Below are positions 50,609 through 63,980 of a stretch of 64,000 nt of DNA, in pieces (the first letter of the stretch is position 1; each line of letters begins with the position of its first letter). Source of the stretch: Macrostomum hystrix (lineage: Eukaryota; Animalia; Platyhelminthes); NCBI GenBank assembly GCA_950097015.1, contig CATNEN010000012.1:2480001-2544000 (forward strand), written 5' to 3'. A model generated the notes under the pieces. The model was not told where the DNA came from. It did no database searches and worked only from the letters and a program-made list of their open reading frames with translations. The position numbers and the translations under genes were made by a program.

Positions 50609-51159
50609 CTTCCTGTGTGCAGCGGTCCCCAGTCCATGGACTGAACAGCTGAACGCAACTATCTACCTGAATCTGCCTAAACTCAAATTAGTATTATAAT
50701 TATTAGTGCATATCTATAACACATAAAATTCATAGAAAAACTTTATGAAGGCCCAAATGATGGTCATAAAAATTTCTGTAATGCTATTTAGATTGTCACT
50801 AATGAAATAGCAATCGCATTTACACACTGACCAGTTAGCCAGCTAGGTTCCAAGCCAACGCGCACAACACAAAAAGCGCAATACCCTCACTGTACGGCCA
50901 CACACAACCCGTAAAACACAGTCCGCCAACTGTGGCCAAGCCAATAAATATTTTATTACCCAAAGGCTTTTAATCATCATCCATTCCGATTGTCGGCGCC
51001 AAAAAAATCCGCTGTGCCAAGGCCAAGACACGCACCTGAGCCCAGCAGGTATGAGCTGTTCTATTCAAAAGAAGCGGCGTTACAAGCTGACAAACTTGGA
51101 CTACGAAGTATTCATTCATGGTGTCCTGGATTAATAATGGGAAAACTTTGACCAGTGTT

Positions 51160-51478
51160 ATAATATAATAATTATAGGAGGGCTGCATGCAATGGTACAT
51201 CATTTGGTGACACTAGACCAGCAGCCAGCGAGGAGGCAATTCTGCCCATTTCGCTGACTCCTGAGCGCACGCTCACACAGGTGAATACATCTGCCCTGAC
51301 TTTCTCATCGTCAGGCAGTGTACACTTTCACTGTGCCTTGGAGGTTGGCCCTTAGGGCGTAAATTGCACGTCAAGCCCCCAAACCTTCTCTCCGCGGCTG
51401 CGCCCCAAATAAAATTGGAATCGAACTTAGGGACCTTGGTGCGAGAGGCAAACGTGTTAGACCACTCTGACACTGACC
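51160..51478 (-). mobile_element. tRNA-derived SINE, copy 2
   Basis: On the minus strand: A-box TGTCAGAGTGG, B-box GTTCGATTCC, same body, 3' part ...GTGTCACCAAATGATG..CCATTGC..GCAGCCCTCCT, AT-rich tail. Confidence 0.8.
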
Positions 51479-51505
51479 TCCAATATATCCTCAGGTCACT
51501 CAGCA

Positions 51506-52879
51506 ATGAGGCATGGCAGTGCTTTGCTGACTACTCTGATTCTAGCAGCGTCGCTGACTGCAGTCTGGGCCTTCCAAGGCGCGGCGGCGGCTCAAACAGA
51601 TTCAGCAGCGTCTGCCGTGCTCTGCCTGACGGGCCGCTGTGACAATCCGAGCGGCTGCAACCACAGCGAGGCGTTTCGACCGCAGCTCTGCCGGCACGGC
51701 TGCACCTCGCTGCTGTACACCGGTTTCGGGGGCCGCCAACTGCTGCTGCATCGACTCTGCGCCAAGCGGCGGCCGGCAGCTTCGGAGTACAATGTCACCA
51801 TCAAGTACTGCCGCAATAGGCCGTTGTGCAATGACCGGCTGGAGATGCGAGAAGGCGGTGTCGGCAGCGAGAGCAGCTCGCCACTGAGCTGCCTGCTCAG
51901 AGATCGATCGGTCCGGTCGGGCAGCCAGGGCTACCCGGTGCGCTGCAAGTCACCGCCCAGCTATGTACACCGCATGTGCATTGTTTACAGCCTGAAGTCG
52001 GAGCGGTCAGCCGAACCAGCCGCATCCGGCGCTCTGTGCTCATTGGACTATCTGCACCTGAACTACCTGGTCAATACCAGCAATCTGCTGCAGTACACCT
52101 CCTACGAGATCAACTGTCGCACCGACTATTGCACCGGATTCGAGAGCTCGTTGGCTGACGGAGGAAGCGGCAGGCTTGGCGGAGGAACCAGCGGACTGCA
52201 GGCTAGAAACGGAGTCGGCGGAGGCGTTGAAGGAGCAGTTATCGATGAAGAGCTGCCGCCGCCGCATCTGTCCACGTCGAGGATTGAATTCGACGATGCG
52301 GCAACGATGATGCGAGTGTTCGCCGGCGTGTCCACGGCCGCCCTGCTGCTGCTGCTGCTGGCAGCGCTGGCCCAGGCGAGGGCAGCGCAATCGGCGTCGG
52401 AATCCACGGCAGCGCCAGCTTTTGTCAGCGTGAACGCAAATGAGCGACAACGACAGCCAAGAAGCCGGCAAAGAACTTCGAATTGGTGCTGGCATGCTCA
52501 TGACAGCACCTGCCCAGCCTGCGGCGGAGCTCGAGCTATTGTCGCCGCTTCCAGCTCGGCTGGCTCGGCCTGCTGCGCAAATCGCGGAACGCCGCCGGCC
52601 TCGGTGCCTTCGGCAGCCAGATTTTTTCACGGCCATATCGACCAAACTATGCGGACCGCTGCGAGCGAGTCGGACCTTACTCGGCAGCTGCAGCAGCAGC
52701 AGCAGCAGCAGCAGTTGGAGCAGCTTCACCAGCCGCTAACGACTAGATCTGCTGTGGCTTCGAGACGCGGACTACAGCTGCAGGTTCACTTTGCCAACAG
52801 CGATGAGAGGGGCGGAGACGATGGAGCCAGCTCTGTGGCAGTGCTGGATAGCTGCGGCGAAGATGAGACCATTGTTTAA
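51506..52879 (+). CDS. Single-exon type I membrane protein: signal peptide, two Cys-rich three-finger (Ly6/uPAR- or TGF-beta-receptor-ectodomain-like) modules, TM helix, cytoplasmic tail ending ETIV
   Basis: 457-aa non-repetitive GC-rich ORF. Hydrophobic N-terminus ALLTTLILAASLTAVWA. The modules end in YCRNRPLCN and NCRTDYC (C-x4/5-C-N-like). TM is VFAGVSTAALLLLLLAALA. Fold assignment is by Cys spacing only. Confidence 0.7.
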   Translation: MRHGSALLTTLILAASLTAVWAFQGAAAAQTDSAASAVLCLTGRCDNPSGCNHSEAFRPQLCRHGCTSLLYTGFGGRQLLLHRLCAKRRPAASEYNVTIKYCRNRPLCNDRLEMREGGVGSESSSPLSCLLRDRSVRSGSQGYPVRCKSPPSYVHRMCIVYSLKSERSAEPAASGALCSLDYLHLNYLVNTSNLLQYTSYEINCRTDYCTGFESSLADGGSGRLGGGTSGLQARNGVGGGVEGAVIDEELPPPHLSTSRIEFDDAATMMRVFAGVSTAALLLLLLAALAQARAAQSASESTAAPAFVSVNANERQRQPRSRQRTSNWCWHAHDSTCPACGGARAIVAASSSAGSACCANRGTPPASVPSAARFFHGHIDQTMRTAASESDLTRQLQQQQQQQQLEQLHQPLTTRSAVASRRGLQLQVHFANSDERGGDDGASSVAVLDSCGEDETIV

Positions 52880-52989
52880 CATTGAAGCACTGCACTTATT
52901 GAGTAGCATTACAGACTACAGACTGTTTGTTTTAAATTGCTCATGCTGGAGTATGGTAGAACAAGAACAAGTGGGGTAGAGAAAATTAG

Positions 52990-53420
52990 GTGATGGGTGC
53001 CCAGCGGGTTCGAGAAGATGAGGTGGGGGTGTACAGTGGGTTCGAGAAAAGGAGGTGGTGAGTGTCCAGTAGGGTTAGAGAAAATGAGTTGGTGGGTGTT
53101 CAGTAGGGTTCGAGAAAAGGAGGTGGGGGTGTACAGCGTGGGTTCAAGAAAAGGAGGTGGTGGGTGTTCAGTAGGGTTCGAGAAAAGGAGGTGGGGGTGT
53201 ACAGTGGGTTCGAGAAAAGGAGGTGGTGGGTGTCCAGTAGGGTTCGAGAAAAGGAGGTGGGGGGTGCCCAGCGGGTTTGAGAAAATAAGGTGTTGGGTGT
53301 CCAGTAGGGTAGAGAAAATGAGGTGATGGGTGCCTAGTGGGTTCGAGAAAGTGAGGTGGTGGGTGTCCAGTAGGGTAGAGAATATGAGGTGGTGGGTATC
53401 CAGTGTGTTCGAGAAAATGA
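52990..53420. repeat. Degenerate approx. 33-bp G-rich repeat (GGGTTCGAGAAAAGGAGGTGGGGGTGTACAGT)
   Basis: About 13 diverged units. Confidence 0.85.
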
Positions 53421-55411
53421 GTTCGGAGCGCAGTACAATAATTGTTTGCTCTCTGTAAAGTGTAAGAAAGGACAGTGATTTAGGAACGGAAGAAAGGATT
53501 ACACTTTATTGCTGCGGCTCAGTATTTTTAAAAGGCAATCACTGCAATATACACTAGTTAATGCTAGCATTTTTTTGTACAAAGTATGATACTCGATCTC
53601 GGCGCCAGCACTTTTGTCACATTCGACTGCGCATCCTTACCTGCACCTTTAATTAAATATAATTGTTGATCGCCAAGCCAGCAATTACTTCGGGTGTCCC
53701 AAATTTATTTACTCTTCTCGCTAAATTTAACAATATCAACTGCAGCAACAAAACAAACCACCAGTCAGTGACGTGATCTCCTTGGCATTGAATAACAGCG
53801 TCGCAGTGATCTGGCGATGCTCGAAGTCTCGCTTCAGCCACTGCTAATCACTACTTAGTCACTTTTTATCACAAAAAAAACTTTTAAGAGGGGGTGGAAA
53901 TTATTTTCTTAAGCGAATACCAACCTAACAACAGATGACGGTGTTTTAACTTTAAAGTACATGTGTTACTACTATAAATAACCAATGATGTTAATTAGGA
54001 CGTGAAAGAATGAATTGTAAATAGATGATGGATACTTATTATTGCTTCCAGTTTTTGTATCATTTAGCGTGTACAAAATTTCATACAAGGGTGAATCTGA
54101 TTGGCTGATTGACCAACCACCCCAGAGTGTTTCTGCCCCTCTGGCATGGGGTGGGGCTGAACACACTCCCGCCCTATCTCGACAAGCGGCCTGCAATTGG
54201 CTGGGTGCGACTGTCTCTCTTAACCGTGGCGTCAACCCCCACCTAACCTCACTGTGTTTTTTAAGTCGCAAAATAAGAGAAAGGATAACAGTAGATTTTT
54301 ATAGCGTGCGCTGACTAACAATAATGTAATAGAACTACACAGAAAAGTACTTCCTTTCTCTTTTATTTAAATCAAAATATATGTATTAACAGATAAGAAA
54401 CGAGATTTGTGATTAATTTCCTGTGAATACTCGAGGAACAAGTCTTTATTGTGAAATTGTTAGGTGATCGGCGTGTTAAACAAGAAAATATTGGTCACAA
54501 AGACTAGGACTAGTGAATAGAATAAGACGACAAGGGTTCACGTTAGAAATGTACACAGCTATAAAAATTCGAAAAGACTGAATAACATAGGCTACTTTTA
54601 AACTATAGGACAATGCTTTCCATGAAAGAACAGGCAATACCCAGCAAGTATAAAAAGTTAAAAGATAGTTTTAGCAAAAAACAACAACAACAAAAAACAC
54701 CAAAGCATTTTTTTAAACTGTCATACAAACTATACATCAAAGACAGCCTGTGCTTAAGGTTATAATGATGTCATGTGCATGGCTATGATAATTCAGGGAA
54801 ATTTATGACTAACTGATGAACAAACACCACGTTATGCACAGTTAGGTACTGTGCGGACCCAGTTATTATTGTATTAGATAGATTATTGAAAAAACACAAA
54901 AACGGTTGCCAACACAGAAAACTGTAGTTAGGGAACGAAAAAGAACAATTGAATGAATGATATTTAAAACTCTATAATTTTATATTGGCGCCAAATTAGA
55001 ATGCTCTGACTCTACTAGAAGTAGTGAAACGTAAAAACGGTGAGCCAGTTTTGTTATCAAGTGAAGATAATGAACTTTCAGCTCCTACTATCTACTTAAA
55101 CTCGTGTTTTAGTTGAGTTCAATAAATTATTATGAAAGTGAGATAATAGATTTTAAGAGGCGTTTATAAAATCGTACAATAAATGCTATTTCTTGCTTCC
55201 ATTATTTTAGCGACGTCTATGGCCTAACAGTATACCAAGCGTTGCCATATGGATAGAAATGTAATTTTCCTGCAAAAAAACTGGCCTCTAAGTAAAAATG
55301 ACTCACTCATTTGTAAGCTTTTAAGCGGATACGTCGAATTCAATTACTTACTAACACTTGAATAATCAAATTTAGTTTTAACAAAAATAATTCCTAGCCA
55401 GACGCTGTCTG

Positions 55412-58400
55412 TCATTTGTCAGTCTGCGACAACTCCAGCACTCGCCTGAGCTGCTCCTCTTCGTCCTCCTGTTGGCGTCTACGTTCAGCCTCCGCCTGTT
55501 CGCTGAGCCGCATGGCTTCGACTAGTTCAGGATCCATCGCTGCTTGAGGTGTCGGCATCCGAAGCTGCTGCTGTTGCTGCTGCTGACCTTCTGGTTGCTG
55601 TTGAGACTGCTCGCGCAGCAGTTCGTAGGCTGTCAACTGTCGGCTATCATCTGTGGAGCTGCTGCCATTGCCGCTGCTAACATCGGCTCCTTCAACAGCC
55701 GCAGTCAGCAGGGAATCTGCGATAGCCTTCTGCAGATCCGAGTCAGACTGGGCAAGCGCCATCTGCAACAGGTCCTGCTGCTCGTCGAATCCTTCAAACT
55801 GTACATCGTCAGAAGCAGCGGCTAGGTTGTAATAGTCTTCGTCGCGACCCATTGGCGAGAATCGAGGCCGGCGCCTAGGCAGCACAGAGTAGCCGGCGGG
55901 TATGGCGAAGGCCCGGTCGTCTACGGCGCAGTACACGTGATCAGGGCCTTGAGCCTGGTCCTAAGTATGAAGCACAGTGAATGAGCAATAATAATAATAA
56001 TTGCAGGAGGGCTGCGGGCAATGGCACATCATTTGGTGACACTAGACCCACAACCAGCGGGAAGGCAATTCTGCCCAATTCGCTGACTCCTGAGCACACA
56101 CGCACGCAGATACGAGATACTGTACGCAGACACACGCTCACACAGGTGTTGTACATCTGCCCTGACTTTCTCATCGTCATACAGTGTACATTTCACTGTG
56201 CCTTGGAGGTTGGCCCTCAAGGGCGTAAATTGCACGACAAGCCCCCAAGCCTTCTCTCCGCGTCTGCGCCCCAAAAAATGTGGCCTCGCCGCTAAAGTAC
56301 TGGATTAACTGAGAGTCACTCTAAACAGACGCTGGATTAACTGAGAGTCACTCTAAACAGGTGCTGGATTAACTGAGAGTCACTCTAAACAAGTGCTGGA
56401 TTAACTGAGAGTCACTCTAAACAGGTGCTGGATTAACTGAGAGTCACTCTAAACAGGTGCTGGATTAACTGAGAGTCACTCTAAACAGGTGCTGGATTAA
56501 CTGAGAGTCACTCTAAACAGGTGCTGGATTAACTGAGAGTCACTCTAAACAGACGCTGGATTAACTGAGAGTCACTCTAAACAGGTGCTGGATTAACTGA
56601 GAGTCACTCTAAACAAGTGCTGGATTAACTGAGAGTCACTCTAAACAGGTGCTGGATTAACTGAGAGTCACTCTAAACAGGTGCTGGATTAACTGAGAGT
56701 CACTCTAAACAAGTGCTGGATTAACTGAGAGTCACTCTAAACAGGTGCTGGATTAACTGAGAGTCACTCTAAACAGGTGCTGGATTAACTGAGAGTCACT
56801 CTAAACAGGTGCTGGATTAACTGAGAGTCACTCTAAACAGGTGCTGGATTAACTGAGAGTCACTCTAAACAGACGCTGGATTAACTGAGAGTCACTCTAA
56901 ACAGGTGCTGGATTAACTGAGAGTCACTCTAAACAAGTGCTGGATTAACTGAGAGTCACTCTAAACAGGTGCTGGATTAACTGAGAGTCACTCTAAACAG
57001 GTGCTGGATTAACTGAGAGTCACTCTAAACAAGTGCTGGATTAACTGAGAGTCACTCTAAACAAGTGCTGGATTAACTGAGAGTCACTCTAAACAAGTGC
57101 TGGATTAACTGAGAGTCACTCTAAACAGGTGCTGGATTAACTGAGAGTCACTCTAAACAAGTGCTGGATTAACTGAGAGTCACTCTAAACAAGTGCTGGA
57201 TTAACTGAGAGTCACTCTAAACAAGTGCTGGATTAACTGAGAGTCACTCTAAACAAGTGCTGGATTAACTGAGAGTCACTCTAAACAGGTGCTGGATTAA
57301 CTGAGAGTCACTCTAAACAGGTGCTGGATTAACTGAGAGTCACTCTAAACAGGTGCTGGATTAACTGAGAGTCACTCTAAACAAGTGCTGGATTAACTGA
57401 GAGTCACTCTAAACAGGTGCTGGATTAACTGAGAGTCACTCTAAACAGGTGCTGGATTAACTGAGAGTCACTCTAAACAGGTGCTGGATTAACTGAGAGT
57501 CACTCTAAACAGGTGCTGGATTAACTGAGAGTCACTCTAAACAAGTGCTGGATTAACTGAGAGTCACTCTAAACAAGTGCTGGATTAACTGAGAGTCACT
57601 CTAAACAGGTGCTGGATTAACTGAGAGTCACTCTAAACAAGTGCTGGATTAACTGAGAGTCACTCTAAACAAGTGCTGGATTAACTGAGAGTCACTCTAA
57701 ACAAGTGCTGGATTAACTGAGAGTCACTCTAAACAAGTGCTGGATTAACTGAGAGTCACTCTAAACAGGTGCTGGATTAACTGAGAGTCACTCTAAACAG
57801 GTGCTGGATTAACTGAGAGTCACTCTAAACAAGTGCTGGATTAACTGAGAGTCACTCTAAACAGGTGCTGGATTAACTGAGAGTCACTCTAAACAGGTGC
57901 TGGATTAACTGAGAGTCACTCTAAACAGGTGCTGGATTAACTGAGAGTCACTCTAAACAGGTGCTGGATTAACTGAGAGTCACTCTAAACAAGTGCTGGA
58001 TTAACTGAGAGTCACTCTAAACAGGTGCTGGATTAACTGAGAGTCACAGGTGCTGAGTACCTAAATTCACATAAAACTGCACTACCTGGACCATCAGGTT
58101 CTGAAGAAGAAAGCAGGCTTTAATCTGTCACCTGTACAACATCGCGCAAGCAGCCGACGTGCTCCGCCGGATTGTCGGCGGCGAACAAGTTACAAAAGGA
58201 CACATTGGCCTGCAGCAGGGTGTGCAGGGGGATTTCAACGCGCAGAGGAAAGCCGGCGGGCAGCTGAAGGGTGACGAATTCGCGCAGCTGCGAAAAGTGA
58301 GCAGACTTGTTGGCCATGAGGTCCAGCACTGGCAGCACCTGCGGGTTAGGGTTTATTGGACGATCTCAATAGAGAATTAAACCGGAGAGCCAGCGTTATT

Positions 58401-60773
58401 GCCTGACAGAATTTAAAAATGTCTGAAAAGGCTAAAAATGTCAGGCAGAATCTGGAAATGTCAGACAGAATCTGGAAATGTCAGACAGAATCTGGAAATA
58501 TCAGACAGAATCTAGAAATGCCAGATAGAATCTAGAAACCTTAGACGGAACATAGAAATATCAGACATAATCTAGAAATGTTAGACAGAATTTAGAAATA
58601 GCAGACAGAATCTAGAAATGTCAGACGAAATCTAGAAATGTCAGACGAAACATAGAAATGTCAGACGGAATCTAGAAATGTCAGACGGAACATAGAAATG
58701 TCAGACGGAATCTACAAATATCAGACGGAATCTACAAATATTATCAGACAGAATCTACAAATATCAGACGGAATCTATTAATGTCAGACAGAACCTAGAA
58801 TTGTCAGAAAGAATCTAGAAATGTCAGACGGAATCTATTAATATCAGACAGAACCTAGAATTGTCAGAAAGAATCTATTAATGTCAGACGGAATCTATTA
58901 ATGTCAGACAGAATCTGGAAATATCAGACAGAATCAATTAATGTCAGACAGAATCAATTAATGTCAGACAGAATCAATTAATGTCAGACAGAACCTGACA
59001 GGCAACCCAATGCTCTCAATTGGTTCCAAACCTGATCCTGCAGATTCAGCGGAAAGCTGTCGCACATCCATAGCTTGGCCGTGAAGCTGTGCTCGCGCAG
59101 CGATATGTCACGCGGCACGCCGACGTCTCTGCCGGCCAGGCTAAGCTGCCGATTAAAGTACTCCTGGGCTGACACAGCGCCGGGCACGTACTCCAGGTGT
59201 CTCTCACTCTGCACCAGGCTAGCCAGAGGATTGGCTGAGCCCTGCAGCTCGGCCTTCTGCTCAGAGGTCAGGTGATCTGTGCGCCGAAAGTTGAGCACGC
59301 GCACTCCCGAAGCGCTGAATACTTTGCACTCGCGACCGGCTACCGTCTCAGTGCGCTCTCCTTTCCAGCCCAGAATGCCGGATTTGCTGCGCTCGAATAC
59401 GACGTCTTCTAGTAGAACCCGGGTGCCGCGAACCGGCTTGCTTAGTAAGTACTCAACCTGCGCCCATTATAGAATTAGAAATTAGATCATATTTTATTAC
59501 AGCAAATGTCTGAGAAGTATTCTTTTCTCAGTTAAACTCATGCACACCTGTCTGATGAAATCCCAGCTCAGATTAGTGGATTCACACCTGTCTGATGAAA
59601 TCCCAGCTCAGATTAGTGGATTCACACCTGTCTGATGAAATCCCAGCTTAGATTAGCTAATTCACACCCGTCTGATGAAATCCCAGCTCAGATTAGCGGA
59701 TTCACACCTGTCTGAAGAAATCCCAGCTACGATTATTGGATTCACACCTGTCTGATGAAATCCCAGCTCAGATTAGCGGATTCACACCTGTCTGAAGAAA
59801 TCCCAGCTCAGATTAGTGGATTCACACCTGTCTGATGAAATCCCAGCTCAGATTAGTGGATTCACACCTGTCTGATGAAATCCCTGATCAGATTAGCAGA
59901 TTCACACCTGTCTGATGAAATCCCTGATCAGATTAGCGGATTCACACCTGTCTGAAGAAATCCCAGCTCAGATTAGTGGATTCACACCTGTCTGATGAAA
60001 TCCCTGATCAGATTAGCGGATTCACTATAAAGGAAGGTTCTTCCACTAACCTGGCCAAGCAAAGCGACTTCAGGCTGACGGGACTCAGTCACGCCCTCTG
60101 GGTTAGTGGGTCCGGTCAAATCTGACAGCGTCTCCTGCATCACAGTGCGATTATCATGATTAACAATGTCCAAGCGTAGGCCGCTCTCAGACAAGCGAAA
60201 TATGTATGACCGGTTGCCGCGCACGGCCGTAGTGCCGTCCATGCCAATCAGCGTGGAATCGACACGAACATTCGAGCCAGATTTGTACACCCGGCAACTG
60301 TCATTAGGACAATAGCGACTAATCAGTGGAATCCAAGAGGAGAAATCCCATTTTAATTCTACATAGAAGTCTGGCGACTCATTTAATTGTTGCAGCAGCC
60401 GGCGAGTATCCGAATTAAAATGGCGCTGCATCTGCAAGATGCGATAGCTGAGCACAGACGAAGTCAGCTCAACATCAGACCGACTGATTGCCTCATCAAG
60501 CACGTCCCAGATGCCGTCAGTGGCTTGCGTGCTGGCACCGGCATCCAGGAGTAGCTTGGCACAGTCCACTCGGCGAAGGACCACAGCCAGCTGAAGCGCT
60601 GTTCGATGCCGGGGATCCTTGGCTTCGAGCTTACTGGCAGCCAGCTCAGTTGAGGAAGAATCGGCTAATTCAGCCAGCTGACGCTTCAACCAATCAGTGT
60701 CACTGTTCCATACTGCCGCATGCAGTGGGAATGCCTCTTTGATTGGGCTGCCTGCTATGCTGGATGACGCCAT
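55412..60773 (-). CDS. ANKRD13: Ankyrin repeat domain-containing protein 13 (A/B/D type with C-terminal UIMs), 4 exons, about 634 aa
   Basis: Exons 60773-60051, 59457-59032, 58338-58132 and 55960-55412, all phase 0 GT-AG. Motifs: FPLHAAVW, DPRHRTALQLAV, SPDFYVELKWDFSSWIPLISRYCPND, FERSKSGILGW, AHFSQLREFVTLQLPAGFPLRVEIP. UIMs: DLQKAIADS, ELVEAMRLS, EEQLRRVLELS. Confidence 0.93.
55985..56295 (-). mobile_element. tRNA-derived SINE, copy 3 (5'-truncated) in ANKRD13 intron 3
   Basis: Same body as copies 1 and 2; begins at GCGGCGAGGCCACA, ends in (ATT)n about 25 nt before the last-exon acceptor. Confidence 0.8.
56298..58050. repeat. 32-bp minisatellite (GCTGGATTAACTGAGAGTCACTCTAAACAGGT), ANKRD13 intron 3
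   Basis: About 55 homogeneous units, each with the inverted repeat AGAGT-C-ACTCT. Confidence 0.97.
58437..58995. repeat. Degenerate 20-bp repeat (AATCTAGAAATGTCAGACAG), ANKRD13 intron 2
   Basis: About 27 diverged units. Confidence 0.9.
59541..60024. repeat. 40-bp minisatellite (CACACCTGTCTGATGAAATCCCAGCTCAGATTAGTGGATT), ANKRD13 intron 1
   Basis: 12 units. Confidence 0.95.
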
Positions 60774-63309
60774 AGGTTACTGAAATTCGTGATTTATTAT
60801 CAATTTATCAATGAAAGCTAAATTTACAAAGTCAAAAAATTGTTTTCTGTGACACTCTCAAATATAACTGGTCGAATATTTTAATGTCACTAGACTGAGT
60901 GATTAAAATAGAATATTTTATACTTTACTTGAGACTAACAAACATACAATGTCACTTAAAAAGAACAAATCGTGTATGGAGGATTGTTGAAGGCTGCAGG
61001 TAAGGTTTTTTGCTTAGATAGCAGGGAACATTTTATTAATTTCATTGTTCTTGAAATGTACCTACTTTCCTTTCCTTTCAATCAGTTATTGACTGATTTT
61101 GTAGATCAAATCAAAGCATACAAGCTCTATTCTCTCTTTTGGCAGAAATGTAAGACAGGAGGCAGGAAAAATGATCCATTTTTATACTTACTACCATGAT
61201 TTTTTCTTTAGAAGCTCTTTAGATATAATCTATTGGCATCTATAAGAGTTAGCTTGAATCTCTTAAGTATAGATTATAAAGCAAAGCAACATCCCTTGAA
61301 ATATGCAGAAAAAATTGGGTGATTACAGGAAATTGACAACTGTAGCAATTATGCTGCAATTTATTAATAAATTTGATTACTGATTGATAATGAGCTTCAA
61401 GTACAATTATCAGGAGCAAAATTTTATTTTCAATACATAAGCATGTCAGTACATTAGACAGCAATGCTCAAGTACTTGTGATTATCATTTAGTAAATTTT
61501 ATATTCAAGTCAAGATATTATAAATTGGGTATTATATTCCAAGTATGGTAGCCTATTATTAAAAACCAAATCAAATATGTTATAATACTCTAGTAAATAT
61601 AACTAATTCATAAATTGAAAATTAATAGTTTTTTAGAAAACAAAACTATACAATGGATAAAAAATTCTCAATTCAGATATCTAAATTAATTTAGCTATAT
61701 ACTACAAGTTAAGGAAAATTAAGGAAATTAAGGAAAATTACCTCACACAAGGATATATATTATTTTAGTGACGAATCAGGCCAACCAATTAGAATTCTTA
61801 TACGAATTTTTTTCAATACTAATAGGTTTTACAGTACAAAATAACATTCGCCAACTCAGTTATTTATTTACTCAGGCCGCAATTTATGGCAATGTTCTAC
61901 TTCCGTTCGTTATATTATTGTTGATTATAGTATATTAGCATTACAATTAATCAAAATCAGGCCTGTAAAACATTATTATTAAAAAGGAAGTAATGCAATT
62001 GACAATATTTGACAATAATTCAAAAGAGTACCCACTTGTCAATTACTTAATTACAAAAAAAGTTTTGTAACTTTTACAGCATGAATGAAATTAGTTTCAG
62101 TTTATTATTCGAGTTAGATCTGTTTACACGAAGCTATTAGAAACACATTAAATTAAAAATGCCCCCAAAAGTTGATTTTAACAAACATGCTGAACGACTT
62201 AGATTTACCATTTATAATCAATAAGCTTAGGAAGGCTAGACCCATAAAATTGAGTTTTTATTCTTTTTTAGTACTAAAGCAAATGTTTAAAATAGTTTTT
62301 TATTAGGACGATTTCTTGTAAAAGTAAAAGCGTTCGTGGTGCTGCGCTTGTGAGTAGCGCACTTAGTCTTAGTCTCACTTCGACTCAGTGGCAGTGGCCT
62401 CCTGGTTGTCCTGTTGCGATAATGCAGTTTACCAGGTTGAACGATTGTAAGGTAGAACCAATTAGCAATTGGTGTTATTTTTCGTTTGGATTCATAGCCA
62501 TTAGTTTTTTCTAAAATGCTGAAATTTATGATTGCAAATACTTGGGGCTCTTCACTTGCAACCTGCCTCTGTCTCCGAGTTGCTCATTGGCATAGGAATC
62601 ATGAAACATAAGTGTTGACCCAAATAATAATACTTTTTAAGTTTTGATAAAATGCACCTCCAGTAAGCCTAATTACAAATATTCCTAACTGTAATTGTAA
62701 TTAGTTAGGCCTACTGCGTTTTTTCTCACAGCCTCTGATTTTAAGTTCCACTGTAACTATCAATTTGGTTAGGCCTATAGGAATTTATGGATATGAAGCT
62801 TTTTAGACAAAAGTTACAAATACAGATGTTTATGGGAACTTAAGTTTCTTGTATCTAGTTTCATATATTTATAATTATAGTTCTTAAGTAGGCCTATAGA
62901 TTGCACTGAAGTGAGAAAAACAAACAAGTTTTAACAATTGGTTTCCAATTTCTAACTATATTGAAATATATGAAGGTTATGGAAAGCTTCAGGAATTCTT
63001 TAGTTAAAAATATGGATGTGCATATAGATACAGCATTGGTGTGACAGAGGGAATCAGAAAAAAATGCTGGAGAAAAAAACACAGCAAAAAATTCCTGCTT
63101 AGGAGAGCACAAGACTGTTTTTTGATAAAGTGGCATTAATAAGTACTAGAAGTATATTTTCGCATGTACAATTTGCAAATACAGTGAAAATATTTGTGAA
63201 GACATTCCAAAAGCAAATACATGCAAATGAATGAGGGAATAGTCACAGACTTAATAAATAGTTGCTTGTCAAATAGCAGAGGCTAATGTATTAAGTTCAT
63301 ACTTCATTG

Positions 63310-63980
63310 CTTGGCCTCCAATTTGCACTTCTTCTTGGCCAGTTTGTTCTCTGCCTTATCCAGATTCTTCCTCTCCACCTGCAGGGCCAGCATCTTCTAC
63401 TGGTATTCACTTAGCAAGGCATTTGCCTTTTCCGATTCCATTTCAAGCAGCCACTTCTTTTCCCGAATCTTTGTCACCTTCGAATCAACATCTTTTGTAT
63501 GGCTTGTACTGGCAGCCTTTGAGCAAGTTGGTCCTTATGCAGCTCCTCTTCTCTCTGCATGCGCCTTTTCTGGGCAGCCAGATTTTGTTGGGCATTGAAT
63601 CCTTCAGCAATGTAATGGTCACCAAAACCTCCACCTCTATCACTTGCAAATTCAACTTGTCAGACTTGCATGTGTCACTACTGACTCAAGCTGCTGGCTT
63701 GAAAAATGAGTCAATTGGCTTCGCTGACTGCTTGTTTGATTCCATGCCTGAATCCCACTCTGAGCTTATACTTCTCATCATGCTTCTTAGACTACGCATG
63801 GTTTTCAATGGCACCAAACCTAGCTGAGCCAATGTGCAAAGTTTTAGAGCACAGTGTGCTGATTGCACTATGACAGTCCTTGGTATCGGATTGCAGCCAA
63901 ATCTTGCACTTCTGATCATTGACCACGCGACTGCGCCAGGCTTCAACAAACTTCGTAGCTCGCTGCTTTGAGAGAGACAT
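63310..63980 (-). pseudogene. Decayed coding fragment resembling the N-terminal zinc finger of DNA transposases (hAT-like)
   Basis: WLQSDTKDCHSAISTLCSKTLHIGSARFGAIENHA*SKKH resembles WL..D...A.C..C.K.....G...L..HA.SKKH, but with C>S and an in-frame stop. After a frameshift come KPIDSFFK and a stop-interrupted charged coiled-coil stretch. Confidence 0.4.
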
